Source: an uncultured Verrucomicrobiae bacterium (GTDB lineage: Bacteria > Verrucomicrobiota > Verrucomicrobiia > Chthoniobacterales > JAATET01). From it: DNA of 64,000 nt. Each line of letters begins with the position of its first letter. The stretch's first letter is position 1. Under the pieces are notes generated by a model that was not told where the DNA came from, did not search any database, and was given only the letters and a program-made list of their open reading frames with translations. Positions 28,926 through 39,560 of the stretch are shown here, piece by piece. Where the stretch lies: positions 640,001 through 704,000 of the forward strand of contig CAVRCI010000002.1 of the NCBI GenBank assembly GCA_963719495.1, written 5' to 3'. Position numbers and translations under genes: made by a program.

Positions 28926-30566
28926 CTATTCGGGAGTGGGGTGACCGAGGCGGTTCAGCTCGGAGCGGAGGTAGGCGTTGGTCGCCTCCTGGTTGTTCTG
29001 CGACTCCAGCAACTCGCTCAAGCGGTCGGCGGCCCCCGCTTCGCCGCGTCCGGCCAGCTGTCGGTAGGCCGAGATGGGCACGTCTTTGCTGGCAGTCACG
29101 CGCTCGCTGGCAGTGTAACGCCGCTGGAGATCGGAGACGATCGCCGCGGGCATTTCGCGATCCAGCTCGGTCGCGAACGCCGCGACGGTCCCGGTGGGCG
29201 AGACGAGGCGGTGAAGATTCGTGTCGTAGACCCGCTTGGCGTCGGCACCGATCGCGAGGTTTGGGGTGAATCCGTTGATGTATCCGTCCGTCCGGGGTTC
29301 GAACGCCTTGATCTCGGGCGCGATCTCGAGCCCGACGACCGCCGGGAGCCAGCCGCTGATCCTCGAAAATTCGGCGTTGGACTTTTTCGACGTGAGGAAG
29401 CGGAGAAAATCCACGGCTGCTCCCGGGTTCGGCGAGCCGGCCGTCAATCCAAACGACAAGCTCGTGCTCAAGGCGGCCTCGGACGGGTCGCCAAACATGA
29501 AGGGCGCATAATGCGGGTCCTGGGCCGAGGGAATCGGGAGGGCGAATACCCCGATGGGGAATTCCACCTGCGCGCGCAGGCTCGTGCTGTCCCAACTCCC
29601 GGTTGCGATCATCAACGCGCGTGCCTGCGCGAAATAAAACAGCGCGTCGTCGCGCCCCAGCGACATGAAGCCCGGCTGCATGAATTGACCCGTCTCACGC
29701 ATCAGCTCGAGGCCGCTCCGCGTGCCGGGACTGGCGTAGGACCACCGACCGGCAAGCATTCCGAGGCCGATGCTGGCCGAGTCGGGAATCAACGCCCCCA
29801 ACTCGTCGAGCCGGACCGTCAGCCGCTGGGTCTGCGACTGAAAAAGCCCGTCGAGAATGGGTGTCGCGTTGTATTGCGATCCTGCGACGGGGATGACCCT
29901 CTGGCCGGACGCGTTGCGGTAGGCCACCGTCGTCTTGCAGAGTTCGATGAACTCACCGTAGGTCTTCGGCGCCACGTCCTCGCCGGTGATGGCAACCATC
30001 AAGTCCCGGTTGTAGAACATCCGAATCGTGAACATCGTGTTCGGGATGCCGTAGACGTCGAGCAGGTTCTCGGAGTAATTTGGGTCGCGGGTCAGTGCGT
30101 CGAGGAACGTGTCCCGCCAGGGTCGTCCGGCGAGATCAGTGCCTTCGTTGTAGGGATTCGGCTGCTCGGTGTAAGTCGTCAGAGGAACGAAAAACCGAGC
30201 CAGGACGTCGGTGTTCGACCGCACGTCCACGCCCATTGGAATGCCGAGCTGAATGAGGTCCGGTGCCGTCCCGCCGATGAGCTGGGTGCGCGACCAGTTC
30301 TTGGTGATCTTCTCCGGGATGGCCATCTGCTCGATCTCGACGCCGGGGTGGAGACGTTCGTATTCGCGGGCCAGCGCGTCGAAGGCGTCCCGCACCCCGC
30401 CCTCGAGCTGCCAGTGGGCGAAGCGGATTTTGATCTCCGCGGCGGTCTCGCCTGGCTCGGCGGCTTGCGACTCGCCGCGGTAGGTCAGGACGTGGACGAG
30501 CGAATACAGATACACGGCTCCGAGCAGCCCCACGCCGACGAAGTTAAGAATTTTTTCCCGATTCAC
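28926..30566 (-). CDS. Sugar ABC transporter substrate-binding protein
   Basis: N-terminal hydrophobic anchor, GGTAPDL, YGIP...MFYNRDL, AVDFLRFLTS. Operonic with two permeases. Confidence 0.88.
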   Translation of the reverse strand: MNREKILNFVGVGLLGAVYLYSLVHVLTYRGESQAAEPGETAAEIKIRFAHWQLEGGVRDAFDALAREYERLHPGVEIEQMAIPEKITKNWSRTQLIGGTAPDLIQLGIPMGVDVRSNTDVLARFFVPLTTYTEQPNPYNEGTDLAGRPWRDTFLDALTRDPNYSENLLDVYGIPNTMFTIRMFYNRDLMVAITGEDVAPKTYGEFIELCKTTVAYRNASGQRVIPVAGSQYNATPILDGLFQSQTQRLTVRLDELGALIPDSASIGLGMLAGRWSYASPGTRSGLELMRETGQFMQPGFMSLGRDDALFYFAQARALMIATGSWDSTSLRAQVEFPIGVFALPIPSAQDPHYAPFMFGDPSEAALSTSLSFGLTAGSPNPGAAVDFLRFLTSKKSNAEFSRISGWLPAVVGLEIAPEIKAFEPRTDGYINGFTPNLAIGADAKRVYDTNLHRLVSPTGTVAAFATELDREMPAAIVSDLQRRYTASERVTASKDVPISAYRQLAGRGEAGAADRLSELLESQNNQEATNAYLRSELNRLGHPTPE

Positions 30567-31402
30567 GGCACCCCCTCCCTGCGGAGCTGATCGAGAGTTT
30601 GCGCGATCATGAAGTGACGCGAATCGCGGGGGAAATCGCGCACGAACCGCGCGTAGTAATCCACCGCGACATCGGATCGTCCGGTCGCTTCGGCGAGCCG
30701 CCCGATCCTCACCCAGTGCCCGGCGCGCGTCTCGCGCCGGGCGATCCCGATCTCGTCCGCTGACAGCAGTTGGTTGAGGGTCAGTTCGTCGTCCCGCAGG
30801 TAGCGCGCCGACGCGTCGGCGAGCACGAGATGAAGGTCGCGCCGGGCGGGCCCGAATCCCATCGCGGGCGACAGCGAGGCAAACTCCTCGATTCTCGTCC
30901 GGCGGTCTTCGGGCGTCATCTCTTCGTACAATTCAATGATCGCCCGTTTGACGATGGCCTCGTCGGCCAGAGGATGTCCGGGATGTTTGGCGGCGAGGTC
31001 GGCGAAAAGCACGGCGCCGCGATCCCGGTCCGGCTCGAATCGGTGAATCTGCTCGATGCGTGCCCGGTGAAACAGCGCGGCAATCCCGAGATCGCCGGAG
31101 TCCGCGGCGGCGACTTCGTCGAAGAGCCGGGCCGCCTCGTCGATGTTCCCCTCCGTCTTCGGCTGCGTGCTGAGAAGAACGGTTGCGAGGCCGAATTTCG
31201 CCTCAAGCGCGTCCCCGTCATCCCGCGCGGCGGTCCGCTCGAACTCCGTGCGAGCCTCGGCGATGAGAAGTTTCGACGCGAGCCGCCAGGCGCCTTCGAG
31301 CGGCGATTCGTCGGCGGCCCGGAGGGGGAAGCCGCTCGACAGGCCGAGAGAAAACACAAAGACGCCGGTAATCCAGCGAAGCGGAGTTGCGCTCGGATAC
31401 AT
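30563..31402 (-). CDS. Secreted TPR-like protein
   Basis: Signal-like N-terminus and helical repeats (AVDYYARFVRDFP). Stop overlaps the SBP start. Confidence 0.65.
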   Translation of the reverse strand: MYPSATPLRWITGVFVFSLGLSSGFPLRAADESPLEGAWRLASKLLIAEARTEFERTAARDDGDALEAKFGLATVLLSTQPKTEGNIDEAARLFDEVAAADSGDLGIAALFHRARIEQIHRFEPDRDRGAVLFADLAAKHPGHPLADEAIVKRAIIELYEEMTPEDRRTRIEEFASLSPAMGFGPARRDLHLVLADASARYLRDDELTLNQLLSADEIGIARRETRAGHWVRIGRLAEATGRSDVAVDYYARFVRDFPRDSRHFMIAQTLDQLRREGVP

Positions 31403-31425
31403 CGCGGAAGTTCAACTAACGAGCC

Positions 31426-33171
31426 TCAGCGGCTCCAGCGCTTTGCGTGGACGGTCGAGCACCCGGGGCAGGTGACGCGGGTGGGGTGCTCCCGGCCTTC
31501 GTGCGTGAATGGCTCGGACGCGGTGTGATCCGGGCCGGGACGAAGGACTCGGAAACCTTCGACGCCGGTGTCGTGCCAGCCACCGAAGTCGACGCCGAGC
31601 CAGGCGTGCAGTCGGCGGTTGGCGCGGGCGAGGAGCTGTCCGTTGTCGTCGGCGAGGGCGGTGTTGGGGCCGCAGAGGAGGCGGCGGTTTGGTTCGCCAT
31701 CCGCCCAGGCGATGATGTGCTCCTGCGTTTCAACTCCCAGCAGCGGAGACTCGGCGAGGACGAGCAGGTCGGCGGGCGGAAGCTCGCCGCGGAGATCTTC
31801 ATCGTGAAGGAAAGTCACCCGCCAGCCCTCGGTATCGAGCCAGCGGTGGACGCCGCGCATCGACTCTTCGATGCCTTTGAGGTCTTCGAAGAAGGAGGCG
31901 AATCGGTAGGCGTCGCGGCTGTGGTGAACGAGCGCCAGGGGGCGCTGGCCGTAGGCGGCGCGTTTGGCGGCGAGTGGCGACGGATCGGCGGCAAATCGAC
32001 GGACCGCTTCGGTGCGGGTCGTGTCGGCTCCGTCGATGTCCTGCACGCCATTCATGCCGATCTCGACACCGCCGGGCGTCGGTCGCCAGCAGAAATACCA
32101 GACCGCGTCGGCTCCGCGTTCCGCGAAAACCTCGGTGCTGGCGACGAGATACTTTTCGTCCCAATAGTGCGCGGCGAATCCGCTTTTCCAGAAGCGCTCG
32201 TGCGGCCCGCCCTGGACCTCGGCGAGGATGAATTCCGCCCCGCCCGGCTTGGCCGTCTCGGCGCAGCTCCGCATGAGATCGCAGTTCAGGCGGAAGCTCG
32301 CGAGGTCGCGCGCGAGGTCGCCGGTGGCCTCGTAGAGGTCGGTGCCGACCCAATCGAGGCCGCGCGACTGGGCGCGGTAGTCCTGGCCGATGGCGTTGGC
32401 GGCACGGATGCCGACTTCGGGGATGTTGCAGCCGATCTTCTGTCCGCTCGTGCATTTTCTCAAAAGGGCGGCCTGCGCCTGGACGAAATCCGCCATGTTC
32501 GTGTCGCGCCAACGGAGAAAATCGAGGTGGGAATGCGGATTGTTCCGCGGATGGTGGGTCTCCCAGACTTGGTCCCAATCGTTGGCGGACTGCGACCAGA
32601 ATTGCGCGAACCACGCTGCGTTCAGCGCGTCGAGGGTGCCGTATTTTTTGCGCAACCAATCCCGACCGTCGGCGAGGAAGTGGGGGTTGAAATCGTAGAA
32701 TTCGTCGGTGCGTTCGGCGTAGTTGGGTTCGTTGTCGATCTGCCAGGCGGTCACCGCCGGGTGATTCCCGTAGCGGCGGGCGAGGGTCTCGATGGCCCGC
32801 CACGCCTCGGCGCGCGCCGCCGGGTGGTTCCAGCACGTCAAGTGCCGGGAGTATCGGCACGGCTCGCCCTTGGCGTTGACGAGACGGGCGTCGGGGTAGC
32901 GCTGGAAAAACCAGGGCGGTGGGGTGGCGGTTGGGGTGGCGAGGCAGACGTCCAGCCCGCGATCCGCGGCGAGATCGAGGAAGTGGTCGAGGCCGTCCCA
33001 TCGCCAGGTGTCCGGCGTCGGCTGATACCACACCCACGCGAATTCCAGAATGCGGATGGTTCGCAGTCCGGCATTCCGCATTCGGTCCAGATCGCGCGCC
33101 CAGTCTGACTCCGGGTAGTAGTCGGGGTAATAGGCCGTCCCAAAGGTCGGCGTGGTTGATTCGCAGGTCAT
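31426..33171 (-). CDS. GH42 beta-galactosidase-like enzyme
   Basis: GTAYYPD, RILEFAW, ATPTATPPPW, acid/base WQIDNEP, nucleophile LAEVQGG. Confidence 0.88.
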   Translation of the reverse strand: MTCESTTPTFGTAYYPDYYPESDWARDLDRMRNAGLRTIRILEFAWVWYQPTPDTWRWDGLDHFLDLAADRGLDVCLATPTATPPPWFFQRYPDARLVNAKGEPCRYSRHLTCWNHPAARAEAWRAIETLARRYGNHPAVTAWQIDNEPNYAERTDEFYDFNPHFLADGRDWLRKKYGTLDALNAAWFAQFWSQSANDWDQVWETHHPRNNPHSHLDFLRWRDTNMADFVQAQAALLRKCTSGQKIGCNIPEVGIRAANAIGQDYRAQSRGLDWVGTDLYEATGDLARDLASFRLNCDLMRSCAETAKPGGAEFILAEVQGGPHERFWKSGFAAHYWDEKYLVASTEVFAERGADAVWYFCWRPTPGGVEIGMNGVQDIDGADTTRTEAVRRFAADPSPLAAKRAAYGQRPLALVHHSRDAYRFASFFEDLKGIEESMRGVHRWLDTEGWRVTFLHDEDLRGELPPADLLVLAESPLLGVETQEHIIAWADGEPNRRLLCGPNTALADDNGQLLARANRRLHAWLGVDFGGWHDTGVEGFRVLRPGPDHTASEPFTHEGREHPTRVTCPGCSTVHAKRWSR

Positions 33172-34574
33172 GGCAGGCTGGTGGTTTGCAGGGTCAGCGG
33201 CATCGTCGCCGCGCGGTCGACGGAGAACGGCAGTCCGGTGCGCGCGCCGCCCGCGAGGGAAAGTCGGAGCGCGTAGTCGCCGAAGAATCCGCGGAATCGC
33301 AGGACGCCGTCCGCGTTGGTGCGGATCTGCTCGCGGCTCATCCACTCCTCGCGGATGAGCCTGCGCAAGCGTTCGAAGACGGGCTTGGGTTCGTGACCGG
33401 AGCGCTCGCCCCATTTGATCGCGTCGCCCATGAAGCCCCAAAAATAGAAGCTCTCCACGGACCGGTGTCCGAAGGCGCAGGTGAGCGTGTCGCAGATGAA
33501 GTCCGACTGCAGCGCGTCGATCTCCGCTGGCGGGAGCTTCGCCTCGCGCTCGAGATCGCCGGTGGCGGCCCAGAATTCCGTGATGTGAATCGGCAATCCG
33601 GTCGTCGCGAATTCGTCGTAAACGCGCCACAGATTCGCCGGCGTCGGCCAGCCGCTGTGGCTCTGCAGGCCGATGGCGTCGGGCAGGCTGCCGCGGCGAC
33701 CGAGTTCCGCGATCAGCTCCAGAAAACGCCGCCGCTGGCTCGCCGGGGTGACCTCGGACCCGTCGCTGCCGGTGGGCACGGCGGGCACGTCGTCGTTTTC
33801 CATTCCGTAGTCATTCACGACGTAGGTGGCATCGGGGTCTTCGTCGCGCGCCCAGCGCAGGACCGGCTCGATGGTGTCGGCAATTTCGGAGATCGGATCG
33901 ATGTGCGGCCATTGGCGGCGGTCGAGGTTGCGGAAGGCGGGTTCCCACATGGGTTCGTTGACGGCGTCCCAGACGCTCACGCGGCCCTTGAATCGCGCGA
34001 CGATATTGCGCACGCGGACTTCGGCAAATTTCATTCGCGTCTCGTGATCGTAGCGTTTCACCCACTCGGGCACGCACTTCGGGATCGACCAGAAGAGCGG
34101 GTGTCCCTTGGCCGCCAGGCCCTGGCTGAGGGTCCAATCCACCGTGCGCGCGAAATTCTCCAGTCGCCAGTCGCCCTGCTGGTCCTCGGTCTTCGACGCG
34201 TCGTTGCGGTCGCGTTCGGTCCAGTAGCAGAGGTTGTTGGCCGCGTTGAAGATCTCCGCAAATCGCCGCCGCCACGCCTGCGAGCGGGCGGTGTCCCACT
34301 CGCCGTCGCGCTCCATCGCGTCGAGCGCCCAGAGTTGATCGCCGAAGGGAAACGCGTGCTGCGTCTGGGCGACCTCCACGGCCACGTCGCGAACCGGATT
34401 TCCGGAGCGGTCGAGGAGCCGGATCTCGACGTCGCGCATCCGGTGGTTGCGGATGTTGCGGCGGGCGTCGGCGAGGATGCCAGCGGAGGTCGCGTCCGCC
34501 GAGCGGCCGGTCACGCGATCCATGTCGCGCCATTCCTCGCCGCCAGCGTGGGGATTTGAAGGGGAGTCACTCAT
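33168..34574 (-). CDS. GH10 family glycoside hydrolase (no signal peptide)
   Basis: KGHPLFW, WDAVNEP, VNDYG, IGLQSH, IHITEF. Confidence 0.88.
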   Translation of the reverse strand: MSDSPSNPHAGGEEWRDMDRVTGRSADATSAGILADARRNIRNHRMRDVEIRLLDRSGNPVRDVAVEVAQTQHAFPFGDQLWALDAMERDGEWDTARSQAWRRRFAEIFNAANNLCYWTERDRNDASKTEDQQGDWRLENFARTVDWTLSQGLAAKGHPLFWSIPKCVPEWVKRYDHETRMKFAEVRVRNIVARFKGRVSVWDAVNEPMWEPAFRNLDRRQWPHIDPISEIADTIEPVLRWARDEDPDATYVVNDYGMENDDVPAVPTGSDGSEVTPASQRRRFLELIAELGRRGSLPDAIGLQSHSGWPTPANLWRVYDEFATTGLPIHITEFWAATGDLEREAKLPPAEIDALQSDFICDTLTCAFGHRSVESFYFWGFMGDAIKWGERSGHEPKPVFERLRRLIREEWMSREQIRTNADGVLRFRGFFGDYALRLSLAGGARTGLPFSVDRAATMPLTLQTTSLP

Positions 34575-36426
34575 GGGGTTCGCTCATGTTGGTCCGGCTG
34601 CGTGTCGGCCAGTCTCCGGAGAAATCGATGACTAGTTTGTCGCGACCGTCGTTGACTTCGAGGACGCCCTTATCGAGCGGCTCGTTGACGTATCGGCTTT
34701 CGTAGACCGGCCAGTCGCGGAATTCCAGTGTCTCGCCGTTCGTCCACGCTTCGGGTCGTCCGCCGGGACCGCCGGTGTGGCGGATTTTCAACGAGTCGCC
34801 GTCGAGGCTCTCGTAGCTGACGGTGCGATTCTGCGCGAATTCGCTGAGATCCAACCGCTCGCCGGACAGCACAGCGTCCATGAACGTCGACGCGTCCGCG
34901 AACCGTTCGGTCGTGCCGGTGTCAATTACCCAGCCACCCAGCGCGCTATTGTTTTGCAGCCAGCGATAGCCGGGGAGTTCAGCGGACGCAGTTTTTTTTC
35001 CTTCGGGTCGAGTCCGTTGCTTCCACTCCGCCAAATCGGTCCAACTGGCACCGCCCCCGAGCGGCCACACCGCCACGAAGGTCTCGCCCGCGTGGAAGAA
35101 CAGCCAGCCGTCGCGTTCGCCCACCTGCTCCAATCCATCGGGGATCGCGAGGAGTGCGCGTCCACGGGAGACCTGGTCGAGTCCGTCCTCGGGACCGTTG
35201 CAGATCGTGATCATCGCGCCTCTGGCCTGATGATACTGGTTGTAGGGCGAGCGGCCCTCGACCGGGAAATGCCGATGGTAGCCGCTCGCCGCACCCAGAA
35301 CGAGCACGTCTTTCGGCGTCAGAATCGCGAGCTTGAACATCGTCGTCTGCGGCCAGATGACGTCCTTCATCAGATCGCCCGGCGTCGGATCATAGAGCGT
35401 TCCCATCGAGAACTGCGCGGTGTGGTAGAGGACCTCGTGTTGGTTGTTCGAGGCGTCGGAGCCGTAGTATTGGGGCTTCGATGCTCGGACGACGAACGGC
35501 ATTTCTACGTCCCGCCGGGCGATGGCGTTGATGATGGGATCGGGCCGGTAGCCGCTCATGGCCGCGACGACGCTGTAGCGCACGCCGACGTCGTCCGCGA
35601 GATCGACGGCGAAGTCCGGCGGGAGGGAGTCCCACCAGAGCCAGGCCATGATGTCGGTGTTTGCCCCGATGGGAGACCGGGCAAATCCCCGGGATTCCGG
35701 TCCGGCTTGGACGCCGTGGAAATATTTGAGTGCGTAGGCGGTCGCGTACCAATCGAGAGCCGCGCGGGCGAGTCCCCGCATCTCGGGGTCTTCGGCGAAA
35801 TCGAAGACGTTGAGCCAGCCGGTCGCGGTAAAGGCGACGTAGGTGCTGGAATCCCATTCGCCCATTCCGATGGTGTAAAGTTTGCGGCATTCGCGGCGGA
35901 GGAATTCGCGGAAAAACGCCTTTGGGTCGGTCTTCGGATCGCCGCTGCCGCCCTTCTGAAAACGCTCGGCGAAGAGGTACGCGCTCGTCCGCGACATCAT
36001 GCCATGGTTTTCGGTCCCGCCGGCGCGGAACTTGTCGAGGTGGCCGCCGGCATTCTCCTCGAACCAGGCCCGGACGTCTGGCGGCAGGGATTTCTCGAAC
36101 TCGAAAAAAATGCGCGTCTTGAAGATGGCCGAGAAGTGGTAGAGGCCGCGGTCGCCCTTCCCCGCGTCGACCTCCATGAGCCAGCGGTAGGCGTCCCAGG
36201 CTTCCTGATCGTCCGGATCGAAGTGCAGCTTCGCCGCGATGACGGGCAGGATGTATTTATGCGGGTCGCCGAGCTTGATGCGTTTTGCCCACGCGACGAT
36301 CTCGCCGACGTCTTCGTTCGCCCTCGAGCGGAGGATCAGCTCGGCTCGCGCGTCGAAGGTGTCCGCGGCGACCACCGCGTACACGAACGCCACGAGTCCA
36401 AGCAGCGTGATTGCGGACTTGGTCAT
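34567..36426 (-). CDS. Secreted protein, possibly heparinase II/III-like (alpha-barrel plus beta-sandwich)
   Basis: Signal peptide MTKSAITLLGLVAFVYAVVA; GTENH and GMGEWDSSTY motifs. The family assignment is tentative. Confidence 0.55.
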   Translation of the reverse strand: MTKSAITLLGLVAFVYAVVAADTFDARAELILRSRANEDVGEIVAWAKRIKLGDPHKYILPVIAAKLHFDPDDQEAWDAYRWLMEVDAGKGDRGLYHFSAIFKTRIFFEFEKSLPPDVRAWFEENAGGHLDKFRAGGTENHGMMSRTSAYLFAERFQKGGSGDPKTDPKAFFREFLRRECRKLYTIGMGEWDSSTYVAFTATGWLNVFDFAEDPEMRGLARAALDWYATAYALKYFHGVQAGPESRGFARSPIGANTDIMAWLWWDSLPPDFAVDLADDVGVRYSVVAAMSGYRPDPIINAIARRDVEMPFVVRASKPQYYGSDASNNQHEVLYHTAQFSMGTLYDPTPGDLMKDVIWPQTTMFKLAILTPKDVLVLGAASGYHRHFPVEGRSPYNQYHQARGAMITICNGPEDGLDQVSRGRALLAIPDGLEQVGERDGWLFFHAGETFVAVWPLGGGASWTDLAEWKQRTRPEGKKTASAELPGYRWLQNNSALGGWVIDTGTTERFADASTFMDAVLSGERLDLSEFAQNRTVSYESLDGDSLKIRHTGGPGGRPEAWTNGETLEFRDWPVYESRYVNEPLDKGVLEVNDGRDKLVIDFSGDWPTRSRTNMSEPHE

Positions 36427-36437
36427 TCGAGGGTCGG

Positions 36438-38354
36438 TCAAGGATTCGCGGGAACTTCCGTGAGAACGAGGCTCGCCATGTTCACGATGCCGCCGGGTCC
36501 GTCGGGGGGACAGGTGAATTCGACGATATTGACCGGCTTCAGATTCGCAACCTCGACCGGGGCTTCCTCGATGGCGACATTGCCGGTCCCAAGTGGGACG
36601 GGTTGACCGTTGACCGTGCACGTCAAGGTCTCGAAGCCCTGACGCGCGAGCTTCAGTACCGCCGAATCGGAGGCCTCGCCGCGCTCTTCGGGAATGCGAA
36701 TTTCCATTTTCACCGATTCGCCGGGGGCGAGGCGCGCGAGAATGTCCGAAGCGAAGAATTGAGTCCGCGCGATCTGAGCGGCTTGCGGCGGGGTGCCGGA
36801 AAGAGTGAGGTCGAAGCGGACGGCGGATTTCGCGGGGATCGTCGGCGAGTATTCCCAAGTGGAACCCGGAGTCATCTCCTGCTCGGTGACCGCGAGTTCG
36901 CCCGTGGTCCCATCGGCGACGGTCGAACTCGCGCCGGTAAACGTCGTGCCTTCCGGCGCATTGAAGCGGATCGGGTCGGCCACCGGCTCGGCCGAGTCGT
37001 TGAAAGCCACGGCGGTGAGACGGTTCTCATCGAGACTTGCCACCAGCCAGACGTCGGGATGCGGACTGATGGTTTCAATGAGAGTGCCGCGCAGATTTTT
37101 CAGGAGACGAAATGCCGCCTGCACGCCGAGGTTGTTGTGGGCCTCGTGGGCCGCGCGGGCGACCGCCTTGTCGGGGCATTGATCGACGAGATAGACGATG
37201 TCGCGCAGCATGTACATGAGCGCGCCCTTGCGGGAATCCTCGCTGTCCGCCGTGAAGATCGGAGCGCCGACCGAGTCGGGCCGCTGCGGATCGAGCGTGC
37301 CGCCCGCCTCGGTGTTGTAGAACTTCAGATCCTTGTCGTAGCGCGTCCGCGCGTAGGCCGCGACCGTCTCGTAGCTCGCCGCGACGCGACGCGTGTCCTC
37401 GCCGTAGTGGTGCTCCGAGATGCCGTCGATCCAGGGCGCAAACCCGTCGACGAGCGGCTTGTAAAGCGTCTCCCAAGCGTCCCAATCGTTCTGGAAGATG
37501 TGAAAATCCCAGCCCGCGACGAGTTCGACATCCGGATTGGTTTCCTTGAGGGTCTTCGCGAAGGGGAGGAGCATCGCTTCGTAGAAAAACCGGTTCTGTT
37601 GGCCGGAATAATACGACTTCTGGGTCGGGTCGCGTCCCCACGGACGCCGCGCGATGGTCAGCGTGCGCTGGCCGCGAAAATCGTAGCTGTCGCCCTCGGC
37701 CAACTCGCCCTTGTCGATGAGCGGGATGGCGTAGGAAGAGGCGAGATAGTCCACCTTGCCGTCGTCGCCCACCGCCACGAGCTTCGAGTCCCAGACGAGA
37801 TGCTCCAGTGGGAGGCGTTCTCCCTTCAACGTCATCGGCCCGCCCTCGACGAGATCGGATTCTTCGAAGAATGCCCCGTCGTAGTTCACGCCAGGTTTCA
37901 CCGCCCAGTTGAGAAACGGTTCGTTCCAGAACTCCACGCAATGCCGCCCGGGCAATTCGCGGCTTTTTTCCCCGTAGCGCCGCGCCAGATCCGTGAGTCG
38001 CTTCTCCCAGGCGGGGTCGTGCAGGGGAAACGCGGGTTGGTAGCGGTCGAAATAGCAGTCCACCGGCAGCACGATTCCGGCGGGCACTCCAGGCGTCGTG
38101 CCGGGCACCGAAGGTTCTCCCGAGGGATGCTGATAAATCTGGCGCGTCGATTCCACGCCCCAATCCGCCACGATCTCCGGCGTGAGCGGGGTCGCGTGCA
38201 CGCCGAACAAGCCGCGCGGCACCTCCGTCGTTCCATTCACCGACAGCAGTCGTCCGGTGACGTGCGGGGGCGTCGAGGCGGGTCGATCCTCCGCGGCGAA
38301 GAGGACCAAGGGTGCCGACAATGGGAGCAGAAGAGCGGGGAGAAACTTCATCAT
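36438..38354 (-). CDS. Secreted clan GH-A-like glycoside hydrolase (GH39-like)
   Basis: Signal peptide; VEFWNEP, ISEHHY and FYNTEAG as candidate acid/base and nucleophile motifs. Confidence 0.65.
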   Translation of the reverse strand: MMKFLPALLLPLSAPLVLFAAEDRPASTPPHVTGRLLSVNGTTEVPRGLFGVHATPLTPEIVADWGVESTRQIYQHPSGEPSVPGTTPGVPAGIVLPVDCYFDRYQPAFPLHDPAWEKRLTDLARRYGEKSRELPGRHCVEFWNEPFLNWAVKPGVNYDGAFFEESDLVEGGPMTLKGERLPLEHLVWDSKLVAVGDDGKVDYLASSYAIPLIDKGELAEGDSYDFRGQRTLTIARRPWGRDPTQKSYYSGQQNRFFYEAMLLPFAKTLKETNPDVELVAGWDFHIFQNDWDAWETLYKPLVDGFAPWIDGISEHHYGEDTRRVAASYETVAAYARTRYDKDLKFYNTEAGGTLDPQRPDSVGAPIFTADSEDSRKGALMYMLRDIVYLVDQCPDKAVARAAHEAHNNLGVQAAFRLLKNLRGTLIETISPHPDVWLVASLDENRLTAVAFNDSAEPVADPIRFNAPEGTTFTGASSTVADGTTGELAVTEQEMTPGSTWEYSPTIPAKSAVRFDLTLSGTPPQAAQIARTQFFASDILARLAPGESVKMEIRIPEERGEASDSAVLKLARQGFETLTCTVNGQPVPLGTGNVAIEEAPVEVANLKPVNIVEFTCPPDGPGGIVNMASLVLTEVPANP

Positions 38355-38402
38355 TCGGAAACCTATGCCGGACCGCGCGCGGCGGCGAGCGAAGGCGAAG
38401 AC

Positions 38403-38430
38403 TTGACATTTTTACACGTATAGTAATGCT
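38403..38430 (+). promoter_or_regulatory. Putative promoter with overlapping operator upstream of LacI
   Basis: TTGACA at 38403-38408, followed by TTTTACACGTATA (38410-38422), which is repeated exactly in inverse at 47628-47640. Confidence 0.6.
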
Positions 38431-38439
38431 GCGCCACGC

Positions 38440-39471
38440 ATGGCTTCTCCCCACAAATCCCCCACGCTCCGCCAGATCGCGGAGAAAGCCGAAGTCTCCC
38501 CGATGACCGTTTCGCTCGCTCTGCGCAACAGCCCGAATCTCTCGAAAGCGACGCGGGAGCGGGTGCGGGCGCTGGCCGACGAGATGGGCTACCGGGTCAA
38601 TCCGCTCGTCTCTGTGCTCATGAGTCACGTCCGCAGCACCAAGAAGGTGAGCTACGTCGCGACGCTCGGAATGGTCAGCGCGTTCTCCACTCGGCACGGC
38701 TGGAACGAAAACCCCGCCTCGCGCCGCAGTGCCGAGGGTGCCCTCAGGCGCGCCCGGCAGCTCGGCTACGAACTGGACGATTTCTGGATTCGCGAGGCGG
38801 GCATGACGCCGGCGCGTTTCACGCAGATGTTGCTCACGCGGGGCATTCACGGCCTGGTCATTCCGGGGTTGGAAGATCCGGGCGGCACGCTGGACCTCGA
38901 TTTTTCGCAATTCGCGACCGCGGCGATGGGCTACACCCTGGCGCGGCCCGGCCTGCACCGGGTCGTGAACAACCAATTCGCCAGCGTGCGGCTCGCCATC
39001 GATACCCTCGCGGAACGGGGCTACGAGCGCATCGGTCTGGCCATCTCGGACGAAATGGAGCGGCGCTCGAACGACACCTGGCTGGGAGCACTGCTCGCCG
39101 GGCAGCGGAGATTTGCCGTGAAGAATCGCGTCCGCCCGCTCATTGCCTCGTCGCTGGATCGGGCGAGCGTGGACAAGTGGATCGCCGGTCAGAAACCGGA
39201 CGTCGTCATCGGCGTCGAAGCACCCCTCCGAACCTGGGTCGAGGAATCCGGGAAGAAACTGCGGAAGCACCTTGGATTCGTCCATCTTGACTGGTCCGAG
39301 CACCTCGGCGATGTCGCTGGCATCGACCAACAACCGGAACTCGTCGGTGCTGCCGTCGTCGACACCGTCGTCGCGCAACTCCAGCGCAACGAGCGCGGCA
39401 TCCCCGAGAATCCGAAGATCATCATGACCGACAGCCGCTGGGTCGACGGAGCAACGGTGCGGTCGGCGTGA
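38440..39471 (+). CDS. LacI-family transcriptional regulator
   Basis: TLRQIAEKAEVSPMTVSLALRN HTH, MGYRVNP hinge. Divergent from the catabolic operon. Confidence 0.93.
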   Translation: MASPHKSPTLRQIAEKAEVSPMTVSLALRNSPNLSKATRERVRALADEMGYRVNPLVSVLMSHVRSTKKVSYVATLGMVSAFSTRHGWNENPASRRSAEGALRRARQLGYELDDFWIREAGMTPARFTQMLLTRGIHGLVIPGLEDPGGTLDLDFSQFATAAMGYTLARPGLHRVVNNQFASVRLAIDTLAERGYERIGLAISDEMERRSNDTWLGALLAGQRRFAVKNRVRPLIASSLDRASVDKWIAGQKPDVVIGVEAPLRTWVEESGKKLRKHLGFVHLDWSEHLGDVAGIDQQPELVGAAVVDTVVAQLQRNERGIPENPKIIMTDSRWVDGATVRSA

Positions 39472-39560
39472 GATTCAGCGACTAAATGAGATCTCGATAA
39501 TTTACGCATACAATCTTCGCGAACTCGCTATTTCCGTCTTGGCTCGGCCAACGGCGCCCA

